Origin: an uncultured bacterium
GTDB lineage: Bacteria; Gemmatimonadota; Gemmatimonadetes; Palauibacterales; Palauibacteraceae
Assembly: GCA_965370685.1 (NCBI GenBank)
Contig: CBDUVN010000001.1
Span: forward strand, 1,763 to 65,762
Length of the DNA stretch: 64,000 nucleotides
Direction of reading: 5' to 3'
The notes under the pieces were generated by a model. It did no database searches, was not told where the DNA came from, and was given only the letters and a program-made list of their open reading frames with translations. The position numbers and the translations under genes were made by a program. This document shows positions 47,111-58,890 of the stretch, one piece after another (the stretch's first letter is position 1; each line of letters starts with the position of its first letter).

Positions 47111-47492
47111 CCGTCTCCTCTTTCTCTTTGCACTTGATGCAGAGTCGGGTGTGCGGAAGCGCTTCGAGGCGCTCCATTCCGATGTCGTCCCCGCAATCCT
47201 CACACTCGCCGAACTTCTCCGGCGCTCGATACAACCGACGCAGGGCCTCATCGAGGTGATACAGGTAGCGCCCCTCCTTGCTCGCGAACAGGAAGGCCTT
47301 CTCGCGCTCCATCGCGTCGGTACCCTGGTCCGCCATGTGGAAGCTGTATGCCGACAGGTCTCCGTCCGAGGCCTGCAGAGAGTTGGCAAACGACTCGTCG
47401 TAATTCGCGAGTTCTTTCAGGGCCCGCTCCCGCATCGTGAGCAGGCGATCCTCTAGCTGCTTGATGTCCTTCTTCTTCATCCCTATCCCCAC
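47097..47492 (-). CDS. DksA/TraR-family C4 zinc-finger protein (ylyA-like position)
   Basis: Coiled-coil N-terminus plus a CEDCGDDI...CIKC zinc finger. It sits between ileS and lspA. Confidence 0.8.
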   Translation of the reverse strand: MGIGMKKKDIKQLEDRLLTMRERALKELANYDESFANSLQASDGDLSAYSFHMADQGTDAMEREKAFLFASKEGRYLYHLDEALRRLYRAPEKFGECEDCGDDIGMERLEALPHTRLCIKCKEKEETGASR

Positions 47493-47523
47493 TGTGCAGA
47501 ACAGATTTGTCCGGTTATCCGGA

Positions 47524-50500
47524 TCAGGCGCCTTCCGACACCGTAACGACCCGGCTCAAAGCCACGGTTACCCTCTCCCCATCGATCTCGAGCTCGTGAA
47601 CGTGCTCGTGCCCGGCTGCCGCGGCGACACCAGTCTCGATCTCGAGCGCCAGCGTCTCGCCTCCGATCCGATCGCGATGGGATCGGACAACTTCTTCCAG
47701 ACTCTCGGACCCCGCAACGGCGAGTCGAATCCGATCGCTCACCTCGAGGCCCACCTCACGCCGCAGACGCTGAACCCGACTCACGACTTCGCGTGCCAGT
47801 CCCTCCGCCAACAGCTCTTCCGTAAGATTCGTGTCCAGTCCGACGACGTATCCGCCGCCCGTCTTGACGGTCAGATCCCCCTTCGCCTCCTCGACGATCC
47901 GCACGTCCTCCGGCATGATCTCGACGTTCGCTCCGTCCAGATCGGCCACCACGCTCGTGCCGTCCCGGAGTTCCTGGAGCACCGCGGCGTCCAGATTGTC
48001 GATCAGTCGAGCCACGATCGGCGTCCGGTCGCCGAAACGTGGCCCGAGCCGCCCGAAATCCGGTTTTGCAGACAGCCGTATAATATCAGCGTCGGCCGCC
48101 AGGAAAACAACCTCACGCACGTTCAGTTCCTCACGCAGGATCTCATCCATGGCATCGGAGAGACGACGCCCGCCGGGGAGCGTCGCCTGAATCCCGGGGA
48201 GAGGCTGACGCACGCGAATTCCCGCCTCTTCGCGGGCTGCCCTCCCGAGGGTCACGAGAGTCCGCACGTCTTCCATTTCCGCTTCCAGCCGCTCGTCCCG
48301 TCTGCCCGACGCTGCTGGATAGTCCACGAGATGGGCTGAACCACCCATCAACTCCCGGTGAAGCCAGTCGGCCAGGAACGGAGCGAACGGCGCCAGCAGG
48401 ACAGCTGTGGTAGCGAGCGCCTCGTGCAGGGTGGCAAACGCGTCGTCAGTCCACAGATCGTCGCTGCCTCCCGGGCGAGTGGCCCAGAATCTCTCGCGGT
48501 TCCGGCGCACGTACCAGTTGGACAGATCATCGAGCACGAATTCGGAGAGGCGCCGGGCCGCTCGCGTGAGATCATAGCTTTCCAGATCGGCACTCACGGC
48601 GATAGCGAGCGAGTCCAGACGGCTGAGCAGCCAACGGTCGATCGGAAGCCGTTCCCCGGACGGACGAGCGTTGGATTGCTCGTGAGACCATCCTTCGAGC
48701 TGCGCATAGAGTGCGAAGAAGCGATATACGCTTCGCAGCGTATCGAACAGCTTCCGATTGGTTTCCCGAATGCCGTCACTGTCCCACCGCTTCGGAAGCC
48801 ACGGATTGCTCGATGCAAGAAGATAGAACCGGATCGCATCCGCGCCGTGGTCAGACAGCGCCTGCCAGGGATCGACCACGTTGCCCCTGGACTTGGACAT
48901 CTTCTGCCCGTCCTCGTCCAGCACCAGGTCGTTCACCACGACGGCCCTGTACGGCCCCTCGTCGAACAGCAGCGTGGAGATCGCGAGCAGCGAGTAGAAC
49001 CAGCCCCGCGTCTGGTCGACACCTTCCGCTATGAAGTCGGCTGGAAAATGCGCCTCGAACTCCTCCCGGTTCTCGAACGGATAGTGCCATTGCGCGAACG
49101 GCATCGAACCGGAGTCGAACCAGGTGTCGACCACTTCGGGCACCCGACGCATTACGCCTCCGCACCCGTCATACACGCACGCCCAGGAGAACTCGTCGAT
49201 TCCAGGCCTGTGGGGATCGAAGTCGGCCGGGAGCGGACCCGCCAGCTCCGCGAGACGCTCGAACGAACTCGGGACCTCGAGGTGCTCGAGGTCGGAATCG
49301 CACACCCAGATCGGAAGCGGAGTTCCCCAATATCGGTCCCGTGAGATCGCCCAGTCCACGTTGTTCGCCAACCACTCGCCCATGCGTCCCGATCCGATTT
49401 CGGGCGGGTGCCAGGCAGTCGCGGCGCTATGAGCCAGGAGACGCTCCTTTACCGCGGTCGTGCGGATGTACCACGAGTCGCGAGCCATGTAGAGAAGCGG
49501 ACTGTCACAGCGCCAGCAATGCGGATAGCTGTGGCGGATCGTCGCGGAGTCGAACAACAGGCCGCGATCTTCCAACATCGCCACCAGATCCGCGTCTGCA
49601 TCCTTCACCCCCATTCCGCCGACTTCCCGAACCAGCGGGTCGAACCGTCCAGCATCGTCCACCGGACGCACGATCGGCAGATCGTGTTCTCGACCCATTT
49701 CGAAGTCGTCCGCTCCGAACGCGGGAGCCGAGTGCACCAGCCCGGTGCCGCCCTCGTCGCTGACGAAGTCGGCGGGCCAGACACGTCCCGTGGTCTCGGA
49801 GTAGGAGGGGTCCAGGTCGAAAGGACGCTGGTAGGTAAGACCTTCCAACTCGTCGGCACCCACGTCGCGCACGATCCGCGCGTCGTCTCCGAACAGATCC
49901 TGGACGCGGGCCCTGCTGAGCACGAATCTCTCGCCGTCGCGCTCTACTTCCACGTAGGGAATCGCCGGTCCGAACGCGACTGCCACGTTCGACACCAGGG
50001 TCCAGGGAGTCGTCGTCCATACCAGCAGGCTGCGTCCTTCTTCTCCGACGATCGGGAACCGCACGGTCACCGACGGATCCGAACGGTCCACGTATCCCTG
50101 GGCAACCTCGTGACTGGACAGCCCCGTGCCACACCGCGGACAGTACGGAAGGACTTTGAAACCGCGGTACAACAGCCCTTTTCGCTCAATCTCCGACAGC
50201 GCCCACCACACGGACTCGACATACTCGGGCAGGAAGGTAATGTACGGGTGGGTGTAATCGAGCCAGTATCCGATCCGAAGTGACAGGCGTTCCCAATCCG
50301 CCTTGTAAGTAAATACGTTCTCACGGCATATCCGATTGAATTCGGCCACACCGAGCTTCTCGATCTCCGGCTTGCCAGAGATCCCGAGGCGTTTCTCGGC
50401 CTCGATCTCCACCGGGAGACCGTGCGTGTCCCAGCCGGCGATCCGGGTAACGTGGTATCCGGCCATGGCCCGATACCGGGCCACTGTATCCTTGATCGTC

Positions 50501-50682
50501 CTGGAGAGGATGTGATGAACACCCGGGCGGCCGTTGGCGGTGGGCGGACCCTCATAGAATACGAACTCGGGAGCACCTTCACGCAGTGCGAGGCTCCGCT
50601 CGAACGTCCCTTCCTGCTCCCACACCGAGAGAATCTCTTCTTCCAGCGCTCCGATGGGCTCAGTGAGCTCGCGGTACTCCAT
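47524..50682 (-). CDS. ileS: isoleucine--tRNA ligase
   Basis: 1052 aa. HIGH-type region (PPTANGRPGVHHILS), KMSKS motif (KMSKSRGN), and editing and anticodon-binding domains. Confidence 0.95.
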   Translation of the reverse strand: MEYRELTEPIGALEEEILSVWEQEGTFERSLALREGAPEFVFYEGPPTANGRPGVHHILSRTIKDTVARYRAMAGYHVTRIAGWDTHGLPVEIEAEKRLGISGKPEIEKLGVAEFNRICRENVFTYKADWERLSLRIGYWLDYTHPYITFLPEYVESVWWALSEIERKGLLYRGFKVLPYCPRCGTGLSSHEVAQGYVDRSDPSVTVRFPIVGEEGRSLLVWTTTPWTLVSNVAVAFGPAIPYVEVERDGERFVLSRARVQDLFGDDARIVRDVGADELEGLTYQRPFDLDPSYSETTGRVWPADFVSDEGGTGLVHSAPAFGADDFEMGREHDLPIVRPVDDAGRFDPLVREVGGMGVKDADADLVAMLEDRGLLFDSATIRHSYPHCWRCDSPLLYMARDSWYIRTTAVKERLLAHSAATAWHPPEIGSGRMGEWLANNVDWAISRDRYWGTPLPIWVCDSDLEHLEVPSSFERLAELAGPLPADFDPHRPGIDEFSWACVYDGCGGVMRRVPEVVDTWFDSGSMPFAQWHYPFENREEFEAHFPADFIAEGVDQTRGWFYSLLAISTLLFDEGPYRAVVVNDLVLDEDGQKMSKSRGNVVDPWQALSDHGADAIRFYLLASSNPWLPKRWDSDGIRETNRKLFDTLRSVYRFFALYAQLEGWSHEQSNARPSGERLPIDRWLLSRLDSLAIAVSADLESYDLTRAARRLSEFVLDDLSNWYVRRNRERFWATRPGGSDDLWTDDAFATLHEALATTAVLLAPFAPFLADWLHRELMGGSAHLVDYPAASGRRDERLEAEMEDVRTLVTLGRAAREEAGIRVRQPLPGIQATLPGGRRLSDAMDEILREELNVREVVFLAADADIIRLSAKPDFGRLGPRFGDRTPIVARLIDNLDAAVLQELRDGTSVVADLDGANVEIMPEDVRIVEEAKGDLTVKTGGGYVVGLDTNLTEELLAEGLAREVVSRVQRLRREVGLEVSDRIRLAVAGSESLEEVVRSHRDRIGGETLALEIETGVAAAAGHEHVHELEIDGERVTVALSRVVTVSEGA

Positions 50683-50690
50683 CGGGTCCC

Positions 50691-51272
50691 TCAGTCTCCG
50701 TCCGACCCGGGTCGTGCCTCGTCCGGCCCATGGCCGGCCTCGTGTTCCGCAGACGCACCGGAAATCTCGAACGATGTCTCCAGGACACGTTCGTCGGCGT
50801 CCGCACCCGCACTGCCCCGGCGCTCCTCCTCAACGAGCTCGGCGAGGAAGTGCTCGATCGTCGAACGCAGGGAGCGCAGGAAACTGGATCGACGCACCCG
50901 CAGCTCGTCGAGCCCACGTCGCGCGCCCTGGACCGCAAGTTCAGCATCGCGGCGGATCGCCTCCGCCTGGCGTTCCGCTTCACGCACACGCAGATCGGCG
51001 GTCTTCTCGGCCTGGGCCCGGGCTTCCTCCCTCAATTCCTGGGCAGTAACCAGGGCTTCGTTCAGCGCCTGTTCCCGCTCCTGGAATGCAGCGAGTTGTT
51101 CACGGAGAAGGTCCGACTGTTCGCGCAGACGTAATTCCCGTCCCACCAGATCTTCGAGTCTGTCGGAGACGATATCGAGGAATCCATCGACCTCGGCCGG
51201 ATCATATCCGCGAACGACCCGGCGAAAGTCTTCCTTTTTCTTGCGCACGTCGAGTGGCGTAAGATCCATCAT
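50691..51272 (-). CDS. divIVA: DivIVA domain protein
   Basis: Internal Met start (MMDLTPLDVRKKKEDFRRVVRGYDPAEVDGFLD, a canonical DivIVA N-terminal lipid-binding domain) followed by a long coiled coil. Overlaps the yggS stop (ATGA). Confidence 0.85.
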   Translation of the reverse strand: MMDLTPLDVRKKKEDFRRVVRGYDPAEVDGFLDIVSDRLEDLVGRELRLREQSDLLREQLAAFQEREQALNEALVTAQELREEARAQAEKTADLRVREAERQAEAIRRDAELAVQGARRGLDELRVRRSSFLRSLRSTIEHFLAELVEEERRGSAGADADERVLETSFEISGASAEHEAGHGPDEARPGSDGD

Positions 51273-52009
51273 CTTCCCGGTCTTTCCCCTACGAGGATCG
51301 TTCCCAGGCGAAGTTCGGTGCTTCCCTCTTCGACCGCGAGCTCGAAGTCGTTGCTCATTCCCATCGACAGCACTTCGGCCGTGAATCCAGGCATGGTCTC
51401 CCTGCATCTGTCGAACAGGGTTCGTGTCCTGCGAAACACCGTCCGAAGCTGCCCGGGATCACCGACGAACGGAGCCATCGTCATGATTCCCAGAACTCTC
51501 AGTCCGGGCAATGCGCAGATCTCAGTCATCGGCTCGAACGCTTCCGCTACGGCGAACCCGCCCTTGGCGATCTCACCGGAGGCGTTGATCTGGACGAGCA
51601 CGGGAAGCGGAGCCCGCCCGACCCTCTCGCACGTCTCCGACAGACGGACCGCGAGTCTGATCGAATCCACAGACTCCACCATATCGAATGTCCGGACCAC
51701 CTGGGCGGCCTTGTTCCTCTGGACGTGACCGACCATGTGCCAGGCCACATCGAGTTCGGAAAGCGCTTCCCGCTTGCTTTCCGCCTCGGCAACGCGGTTC
51801 TCTCCGATGCGACCGAACCCGGCGGCGACGACTGCCGCCGTGGTCTCAGCGGAATGCCCCTTTGTGATCGGGAGAATCTCGACCGCTGTCGGATCTCGGC
51901 CGACCTTCTCCGCCGCCCTGAGGATCCTGTCCCGCACGAGAGCGGCTCGCTCGCTGATCTCCACCTGGTTCACGGCCGGGAGTCTACAGGCCGGGACCGG
52001 TCGCGGCAA
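51269..52009 (-). CDS. yggS: YggS/YlmE-family pyridoxal-phosphate homeostasis protein
   Basis: Alanine-racemase-N-like TIM barrel with the motifs ILPITKGHS and VGHVQRNK. The start is probably internal. Confidence 0.82.
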   Translation of the reverse strand: MPRPVPACRLPAVNQVEISERAALVRDRILRAAEKVGRDPTAVEILPITKGHSAETTAAVVAAGFGRIGENRVAEAESKREALSELDVAWHMVGHVQRNKAAQVVRTFDMVESVDSIRLAVRLSETCERVGRAPLPVLVQINASGEIAKGGFAVAEAFEPMTEICALPGLRVLGIMTMAPFVGDPGQLRTVFRRTRTLFDRCRETMPGFTAEVLSMGMSNDFELAVEEGSTELRLGTILVGERPGR

Positions 52010-52106
52010 CGCGCCGACTCGACACGTTCGGGACTGCAGATGCGACAGGCCGGCCGCGTCACCGCGGCCGGCCTGTTCGACGACCTGAGGATGTCGGGTA
52101 AAGCGG

Positions 52107-52829
52107 TCAACCTCTTACAGTAAAATCAATCCGCTGCGCGACCCAGACACCGACCGGCTTGTCCCGGTTCATTGCAGGCGAGAACTCCATCTGATCGACA
52201 ATCTGTGATGCCGCGTTGTCGAACGCCGGATAGCCGCTGGATTTCTGCACCTGTGACTTCGCGGCCTTGCCGCTCTCATCCACGAACACCCAGAGCGTGA
52301 CTTCGCCGCTGATGCCCGCCTCGCGCAGCATCGACGGATACAACCTCTGCAACAGTCGCTGGATTTCCCGGCCGTTTTTCAAGCGGGGTTCCACGTCACG
52401 CGGAATATACGACGGTACGTCCTGCGGCTTTGCGCCCTCGGGCGGCGGCGGGAGATTTTCGACCGGATTGTCCTCGAACGTGGTCGGGGCGATCGTGACG
52501 TCCTCGTCCATGTCCACGTTCGCCGATACGCGCGGGGTAGCCGGGCGTGCGATCTGCTCCGGCGGCGGCGGGATCTTCACTTCGGGAGGAAGGTCCACGG
52601 AGATGATCTCGTCAGACAGCGAGCCGATGTCCGCGGCCTGCAGCTGCGGGAACCAATTAAACAGCGCGAAATGGAGGAACGTTGCGCTGATCACCCCGAG
52701 CCACAGCCAGTTGGAGTAGTCCCGCTTGAACCGGTCGTTCGCCGTCATCCATACGGAGTCTTCGGCCTTGCGCTCCTTACGGCGATCCCTGCGGCTGCCG
52801 TCTTCGAGTGGAGTGTTCATGCTGCTCAT
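52107..52829 (-). CDS. tonB: energy transducer TonB
   Basis: N-terminal TM, a Pro-rich spacer (PPEVKIPPPPE, LPPPPEGAKP) and a C-terminal TonB_C domain. Its start overlaps the exbD stop. Confidence 0.85.
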   Translation of the reverse strand: MSSMNTPLEDGSRRDRRKERKAEDSVWMTANDRFKRDYSNWLWLGVISATFLHFALFNWFPQLQAADIGSLSDEIISVDLPPEVKIPPPPEQIARPATPRVSANVDMDEDVTIAPTTFEDNPVENLPPPPEGAKPQDVPSYIPRDVEPRLKNGREIQRLLQRLYPSMLREAGISGEVTLWVFVDESGKAAKSQVQKSSGYPAFDNAASQIVDQMEFSPAMNRDKPVGVWVAQRIDFTVRG

Positions 52830-53269
52830 CTCCTCGCGCGCTGCACCCGCTGCTCGACCCGGGTCGCGAACGTGACCCGAACGGCCCCGGATGCCTGCAA
52901 CTGCTTCGTGATCATATTGATCTCGGCGTAAGGAACGTCCCTGTCGCCCCTGAGCGCGACCACGAGCTCCCTGTTTTCCGAGTACAGGGGCCGAACCACT
53001 TCATCGATATTGTCCTGGGGCACGATCTGGTCGTTGATGAAGACCGTACCGTCGCGATCGACCCAGAGGTGCAGAATGTTCTTCCGCTTCTCATCGATCT
53101 TCTGCGTGGCTTCGGCCGAGACCCAGTCGATCGGCACGTTCCGCTCCTTGCGAAACACGGTCGAGACCATGAAGAAAATCAGCAGCAGAAATGCGATGTC
53201 CGCCATCGACGATGACGGGATCTCGCTGCTCGCGCCCGACTTCCGGCTGAAGCCTTTCCGCTTGGCCAT
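52826..53269 (-). CDS. exbD: biopolymer transport protein ExbD/TolR (copy 2)
   Basis: Motif MADIAFLLLIFFMV plus a periplasmic domain. Confidence 0.88.
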   Translation of the reverse strand: MAKRKGFSRKSGASSEIPSSSMADIAFLLLIFFMVSTVFRKERNVPIDWVSAEATQKIDEKRKNILHLWVDRDGTVFINDQIVPQDNIDEVVRPLYSENRELVVALRGDRDVPYAEINMITKQLQASGAVRVTFATRVEQRVQRARR

Positions 53270-53271
53270 GC

Positions 53272-53694
53272 CTATTCCTCGAGAATCTGCAGGGAGATAC
53301 GCTCAGCTCCAGCGAGCTTGACCTCGTCCAGTACGTTGACCATGTGGCGATACGCCGCGCTTCCATCGGTCTTGATCGCCGCAATCAGCTTCGCATTCTG
53401 CGCCAGCTCCTGGCGGAGAAGCACTTCGACCTGATCGTACGGAATGACCTGTTCTTCCTGGCTCTCACCTCGCTTGACCGTCACAGACCCGTCAGGTCGC
53501 ACGAGGAAGAAAATGATATTCTTGGCGGAGATGTCCAACTCTTCCGATTCCTCGGGAAGAACGATGGGAAGGCCCTTTTCCTCGTTGAACACCGTCGTGG
53601 TCAGAAAGAAGACCAGCAGAAGAAACGCGATGTCGGCCATTGATGCCGTGGGAATCTCGTCCGATACCCGTTCCTTGCGCTTCAGAATTGCCAT
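53272..53694 (-). CDS. exbD: biopolymer transport protein ExbD/TolR (copy 1)
   Basis: Motif MADIAFLLLVFFL plus a periplasmic domain. Confidence 0.88.
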   Translation of the reverse strand: MAILKRKERVSDEIPTASMADIAFLLLVFFLTTTVFNEEKGLPIVLPEESEELDISAKNIIFFLVRPDGSVTVKRGESQEEQVIPYDQVEVLLRQELAQNAKLIAAIKTDGSAAYRHMVNVLDEVKLAGAERISLQILEE

Positions 53695-53766
53695 CTCTCA
53701 CTCGTGCTCCGAAAAGGTCTAACCGTAGCTACACGATCGCTTGTGGTTCGGTCCGCCGTCAGGCCG

Positions 53767-54465
53767 TCAGGCCTGCCTTGACTGGCTGCGCCAGATCAGA
53801 TCGAGAACGGCCTCGGATCCTTGCTCCATGTCCGCGATCAGCGCGTCGATCCGCGTGACGAAATAGTTGTAGGCGACGTGAACCGGGATCGCGATTGCGA
53901 GCCCGGCAGCCGTGGTGATCAGCGCGACCTTGATGCCCGAGGCTACAAGAGTCGGTTCCACCTGACCGGCCTCTTCGATGGCGGCGAACGCCGCGATCAT
54001 TCCGATCACGGTCCCGAGGAACCCGAGCATCGGCGCCACGTTCGCGATCGTCGCCAGAACCGTCAGACCGCGCTCGAGAAAATCGAGCTCAATCTTGCCC
54101 GTCGTGGAAATCGCCTTGGTGACGTCCTTCGTTCCGCCACCATCCTTCACCCGACGAAGGCCCGTCAGCAGGATTGCGGCAACCGGGCCCCGCGTCTCGC
54201 GCGCAACCTGGATCGCCTCGTCGATCTGACCCAGCTCGCCGAGGTCCCGAATCTCCTTCAGGAGCTTCTTCGAGTCACGGTGGGCGACAAACAGCGTCCA
54301 CCCCTTGGCGATGATCACGCCCAGAGCTACCAGGGAGCAAAGCACGAGGGGGACCATCATGAATCCCCCGTCGTGAAAGATCGTCAACAGCTCATAACTG
54401 GTGTCTTGCACTCGAACCGCTCCGTTCTGCGGCAGGACTATTCCCGCCGGTTTCGAGAAAAGCAA
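53767..54465 (-). CDS. exbB: MotA/TolQ/ExbB proton channel
   Basis: Three TM helices and the conserved motif PMLGFLGTVIGMI. Confidence 0.88.
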   Translation of the reverse strand: MLFSKPAGIVLPQNGAVRVQDTSYELLTIFHDGGFMMVPLVLCSLVALGVIIAKGWTLFVAHRDSKKLLKEIRDLGELGQIDEAIQVARETRGPVAAILLTGLRRVKDGGGTKDVTKAISTTGKIELDFLERGLTVLATIANVAPMLGFLGTVIGMIAAFAAIEEAGQVEPTLVASGIKVALITTAAGLAIAIPVHVAYNYFVTRIDALIADMEQGSEAVLDLIWRSQSRQA

Positions 54466-54512
54466 GTTTACGTGCAGCGCTCCGCGGCGTCAACGCGTCA
54501 TTCGAGGCCCGC

Positions 54513-55352
54513 TCATCCTCCGGCCGACAGCGCCGAGGGTCGTTCCACGTCTGGTTCGGAGACGTCTTCGACGTCCGCCGAGCTCTCCAGACCACCAGCT
54601 TCCAGCCGCTGCCGGAGCTCGTCCGGACGCAATCCGCGGTACAGACGCCCCTGATGGGCCAGCGAGATCTGGCCTGTTTCTTCGGATATCACGACAACCA
54701 GAGAATCGGTTTCCTCGGACAGCCCGAGGGCCGCCCGGTGCCGCGTCCCGAGCGAGCGCTCCACAGTGGGCGACTCGGACAACCGGAGAATCACGGACCC
54801 GGCGTACGCGATCCGATCACGCTTCACGATCACGGCGCCATCATGGAGCGGGGAGTACGGCGTGAACACCGTCGTGAGCAGTTCCGTACTCAAGATCGCG
54901 TCGATCGGCGTACCGTGGTCAACGTGATTCAACAGGTCGACCTCCTGCTCGATGGCGATGATTCCACCGATCTTCGCTTTCGCCAGCCGGTCTGCAGCCT
55001 CCGCGATTTCGTCCATTACCTCCTGCTGCTCGAGACGGGCAAACGCCTGGAACAGCCGGGTCCGGCCCAGTCGCGCGAGAGCCGCCCGCAACTCCGGCTG
55101 GAAGATCACGATCAGGGCGAATGCACCGTACGTGAACACCTGCGACAGGAGGTAAGGAATCAGCCGCAACTGCAGCGCCTGGGATGCGACATAAACCGAG
55201 ACGAGGAGCACGAACCCGATCAGGACCTGGAAGGCCCGTGTCCCCGTGTATACGACCAGTACCCGGTACAGGAGAAACGAAACGACGAGGATCTCGGCCA
55301 CGTCCTTCAGATCGAGGCGGAGAAAGCCGAGATAGTCGAGCAGGGCCTGCAT
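54513..55352 (-). CDS. cdaA: diadenylate cyclase CdaA (c-di-AMP synthase)
   Basis: Three N-terminal TM helices and a DAC domain with DGAVIV, TRHRAALG and SEETG motifs. Confidence 0.88.
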   Translation of the reverse strand: MQALLDYLGFLRLDLKDVAEILVVSFLLYRVLVVYTGTRAFQVLIGFVLLVSVYVASQALQLRLIPYLLSQVFTYGAFALIVIFQPELRAALARLGRTRLFQAFARLEQQEVMDEIAEAADRLAKAKIGGIIAIEQEVDLLNHVDHGTPIDAILSTELLTTVFTPYSPLHDGAVIVKRDRIAYAGSVILRLSESPTVERSLGTRHRAALGLSEETDSLVVVISEETGQISLAHQGRLYRGLRPDELRQRLEAGGLESSADVEDVSEPDVERPSALSAGG

Positions 55353-56266
55353 CAGGTCCTCACGCCCCGGTCGCTCATCTCGCCAGTCCTCCAGCTCCGT
55401 CCGTCCTCTGACTCACCGCGGGCCCGCGAGACCTCCCAGGCCAGATCGAGCGCCCTGCGAACCGGCAGCACGTCGTGCACGCGGAACAGTCGAGCACCGG
55501 ACAGCAGAGCGACGACGCATGCCGCCACAGTACCTTCCACCCTCTGGTCCACGGGCAGGTCCAGCAGCGCCCCGATGAACGACTTGCGGGACGGACCGAC
55601 GAGCACCGGGTATCCTGGTCCCGAAAACTCACCACTTCGCGCCAGGATCTCGAGGTTGCCTTTCACTGATTTCCCGAATCCGATCCCCGGATCCACGACG
55701 ATCTGCGATGGATGGACGCCGCTCTCGACAGCCAGCTCCGCCTGTGCTTCGAGCCAGGTCATGACTTCGCGCACCAGGTCCTGGTAGGCAAGATCACTCT
55801 GCATCGTTCGGGGCTCACCCCGCATGTGCATGATGATGAGCCCGGCACCCGTTTCGGCGCACAGCGGAGCAATGCCGGGGTCGAATCGGAGCCCGGACAC
55901 ATCATTGATCGCTACCGCCCCGGCATCGAGGGCCTGCCTGGCGACCGACAGCTTCGTGGTGTCCACCGACACTGGAATGCCGGCCTTCGACAGCGCCGCG
56001 ATGGATGGCCCGATCCGGGCCCATTCTTCTTCCGCGCTCACGGGCTCCGCTCCAGGCCTGGTGGACTCGCCGCCTGCATCGACCAGATCCGCTCCCTGTT
56101 CGCGCATGATCCACGCGAGCTCGAGCGCTCGCCCGGCATTCCCCGCTTCGCCTCCGTCGGAGAACGAGTCCGGCGTGAGGTTCAGGATTCCCAGCACGAC
56201 GGGACGAGCCAGGGAGATGCTGTCGCCCCGGATGGACCACGCCGGTTCGGAAATCGCCCGGGCCAA
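55352..56266 (-). CDS. folP: dihydropteroate synthase
   Basis: Motifs GILNLTPDSFSDGG, DAGGEST and DPGIGFGK. Confidence 0.9.
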   Translation of the reverse strand: MARAISEPAWSIRGDSISLARPVVLGILNLTPDSFSDGGEAGNAGRALELAWIMREQGADLVDAGGESTRPGAEPVSAEEEWARIGPSIAALSKAGIPVSVDTTKLSVARQALDAGAVAINDVSGLRFDPGIAPLCAETGAGLIIMHMRGEPRTMQSDLAYQDLVREVMTWLEAQAELAVESGVHPSQIVVDPGIGFGKSVKGNLEILARSGEFSGPGYPVLVGPSRKSFIGALLDLPVDQRVEGTVAACVVALLSGARLFRVHDVLPVRRALDLAWEVSRARGESEDGRSWRTGEMSDRGVRT

Positions 56267-56280
56267 TTCCCCGTCCCCGC

Positions 56281-58269
<1,989 letters not shown>

Positions 58270-58302
58270 TACGTCTCCGGTTAATTCCTGACCTCTACCG
58301 CG

Positions 58303-58890
58303 TCAGCCGTCGAGACTGGCGACGAACGGCAGGTGCCTGAAGTCCTCGGCGTGATCGAGCCCGTATCCAACCAGGAAATCGGCCGGAGCATCGAACCCCA
58401 CCCAGCGTGGCTCGATCGCAAGGTCCGGTGCGAGATGCTTGTGCAACAGGGCGCAGAGTTCCAGCGATGCCGGATTCCTCGTTCGCAGCGATTTCGCCAG
58501 CCTGTCGATCGTATTTCCGCTGTCGACGATGTCCTCGACCAGCAGAATGTGCCGTCCTGCGATCGGCGCCGTCGGATCATACAACAGCTTCACGTCGCCG
58601 GACGAGGTCGTCCCCGCTCCGTAGCTGGAGGCGACGATGAAGTCCACGTGAAGCGGGCGTTCAACGTGTCGGACGAGATCGCTCATGAAGATGAACGAGC
58701 CCTTCAGCAGCCCGAGGACCAGGAGATCGGCGTCGTTTTCGTAGTACGCCGTGATCTCGACGGCCATCTCCCGGACCCGCTCCCGTATCCGCTCCGCCGA
58801 ATATACGACGGAGTGCAACCGGGCCGCGCCGGCTCGCGCAAGCCAATCCCCGGTCGACTGCGGCACGGCCGTATGGACTGGATCAGGCAT
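58303..58890 (-). CDS. hpt: hypoxanthine phosphoribosyltransferase
   Basis: PRPP-binding motif LVEDIVDSGNT. Confidence 0.9.
   Translation of the reverse strand: MPDPVHTAVPQSTGDWLARAGAARLHSVVYSAERIRERVREMAVEITAYYENDADLLVLGLLKGSFIFMSDLVRHVERPLHVDFIVASSYGAGTTSSGDVKLLYDPTAPIAGRHILLVEDIVDSGNTIDRLAKSLRTRNPASLELCALLHKHLAPDLAIEPRWVGFDAPADFLVGYGLDHAEDFRHLPFVASLDG

Noticed and set aside
47111-47389. Upstream extension of the lspA ORF (starting MPTLCRP...)
   Set aside because: It overlaps the conserved DksA/TraR zinc-finger ORF in a different frame. LspA homology begins only at the TM helix near VPPDEP.
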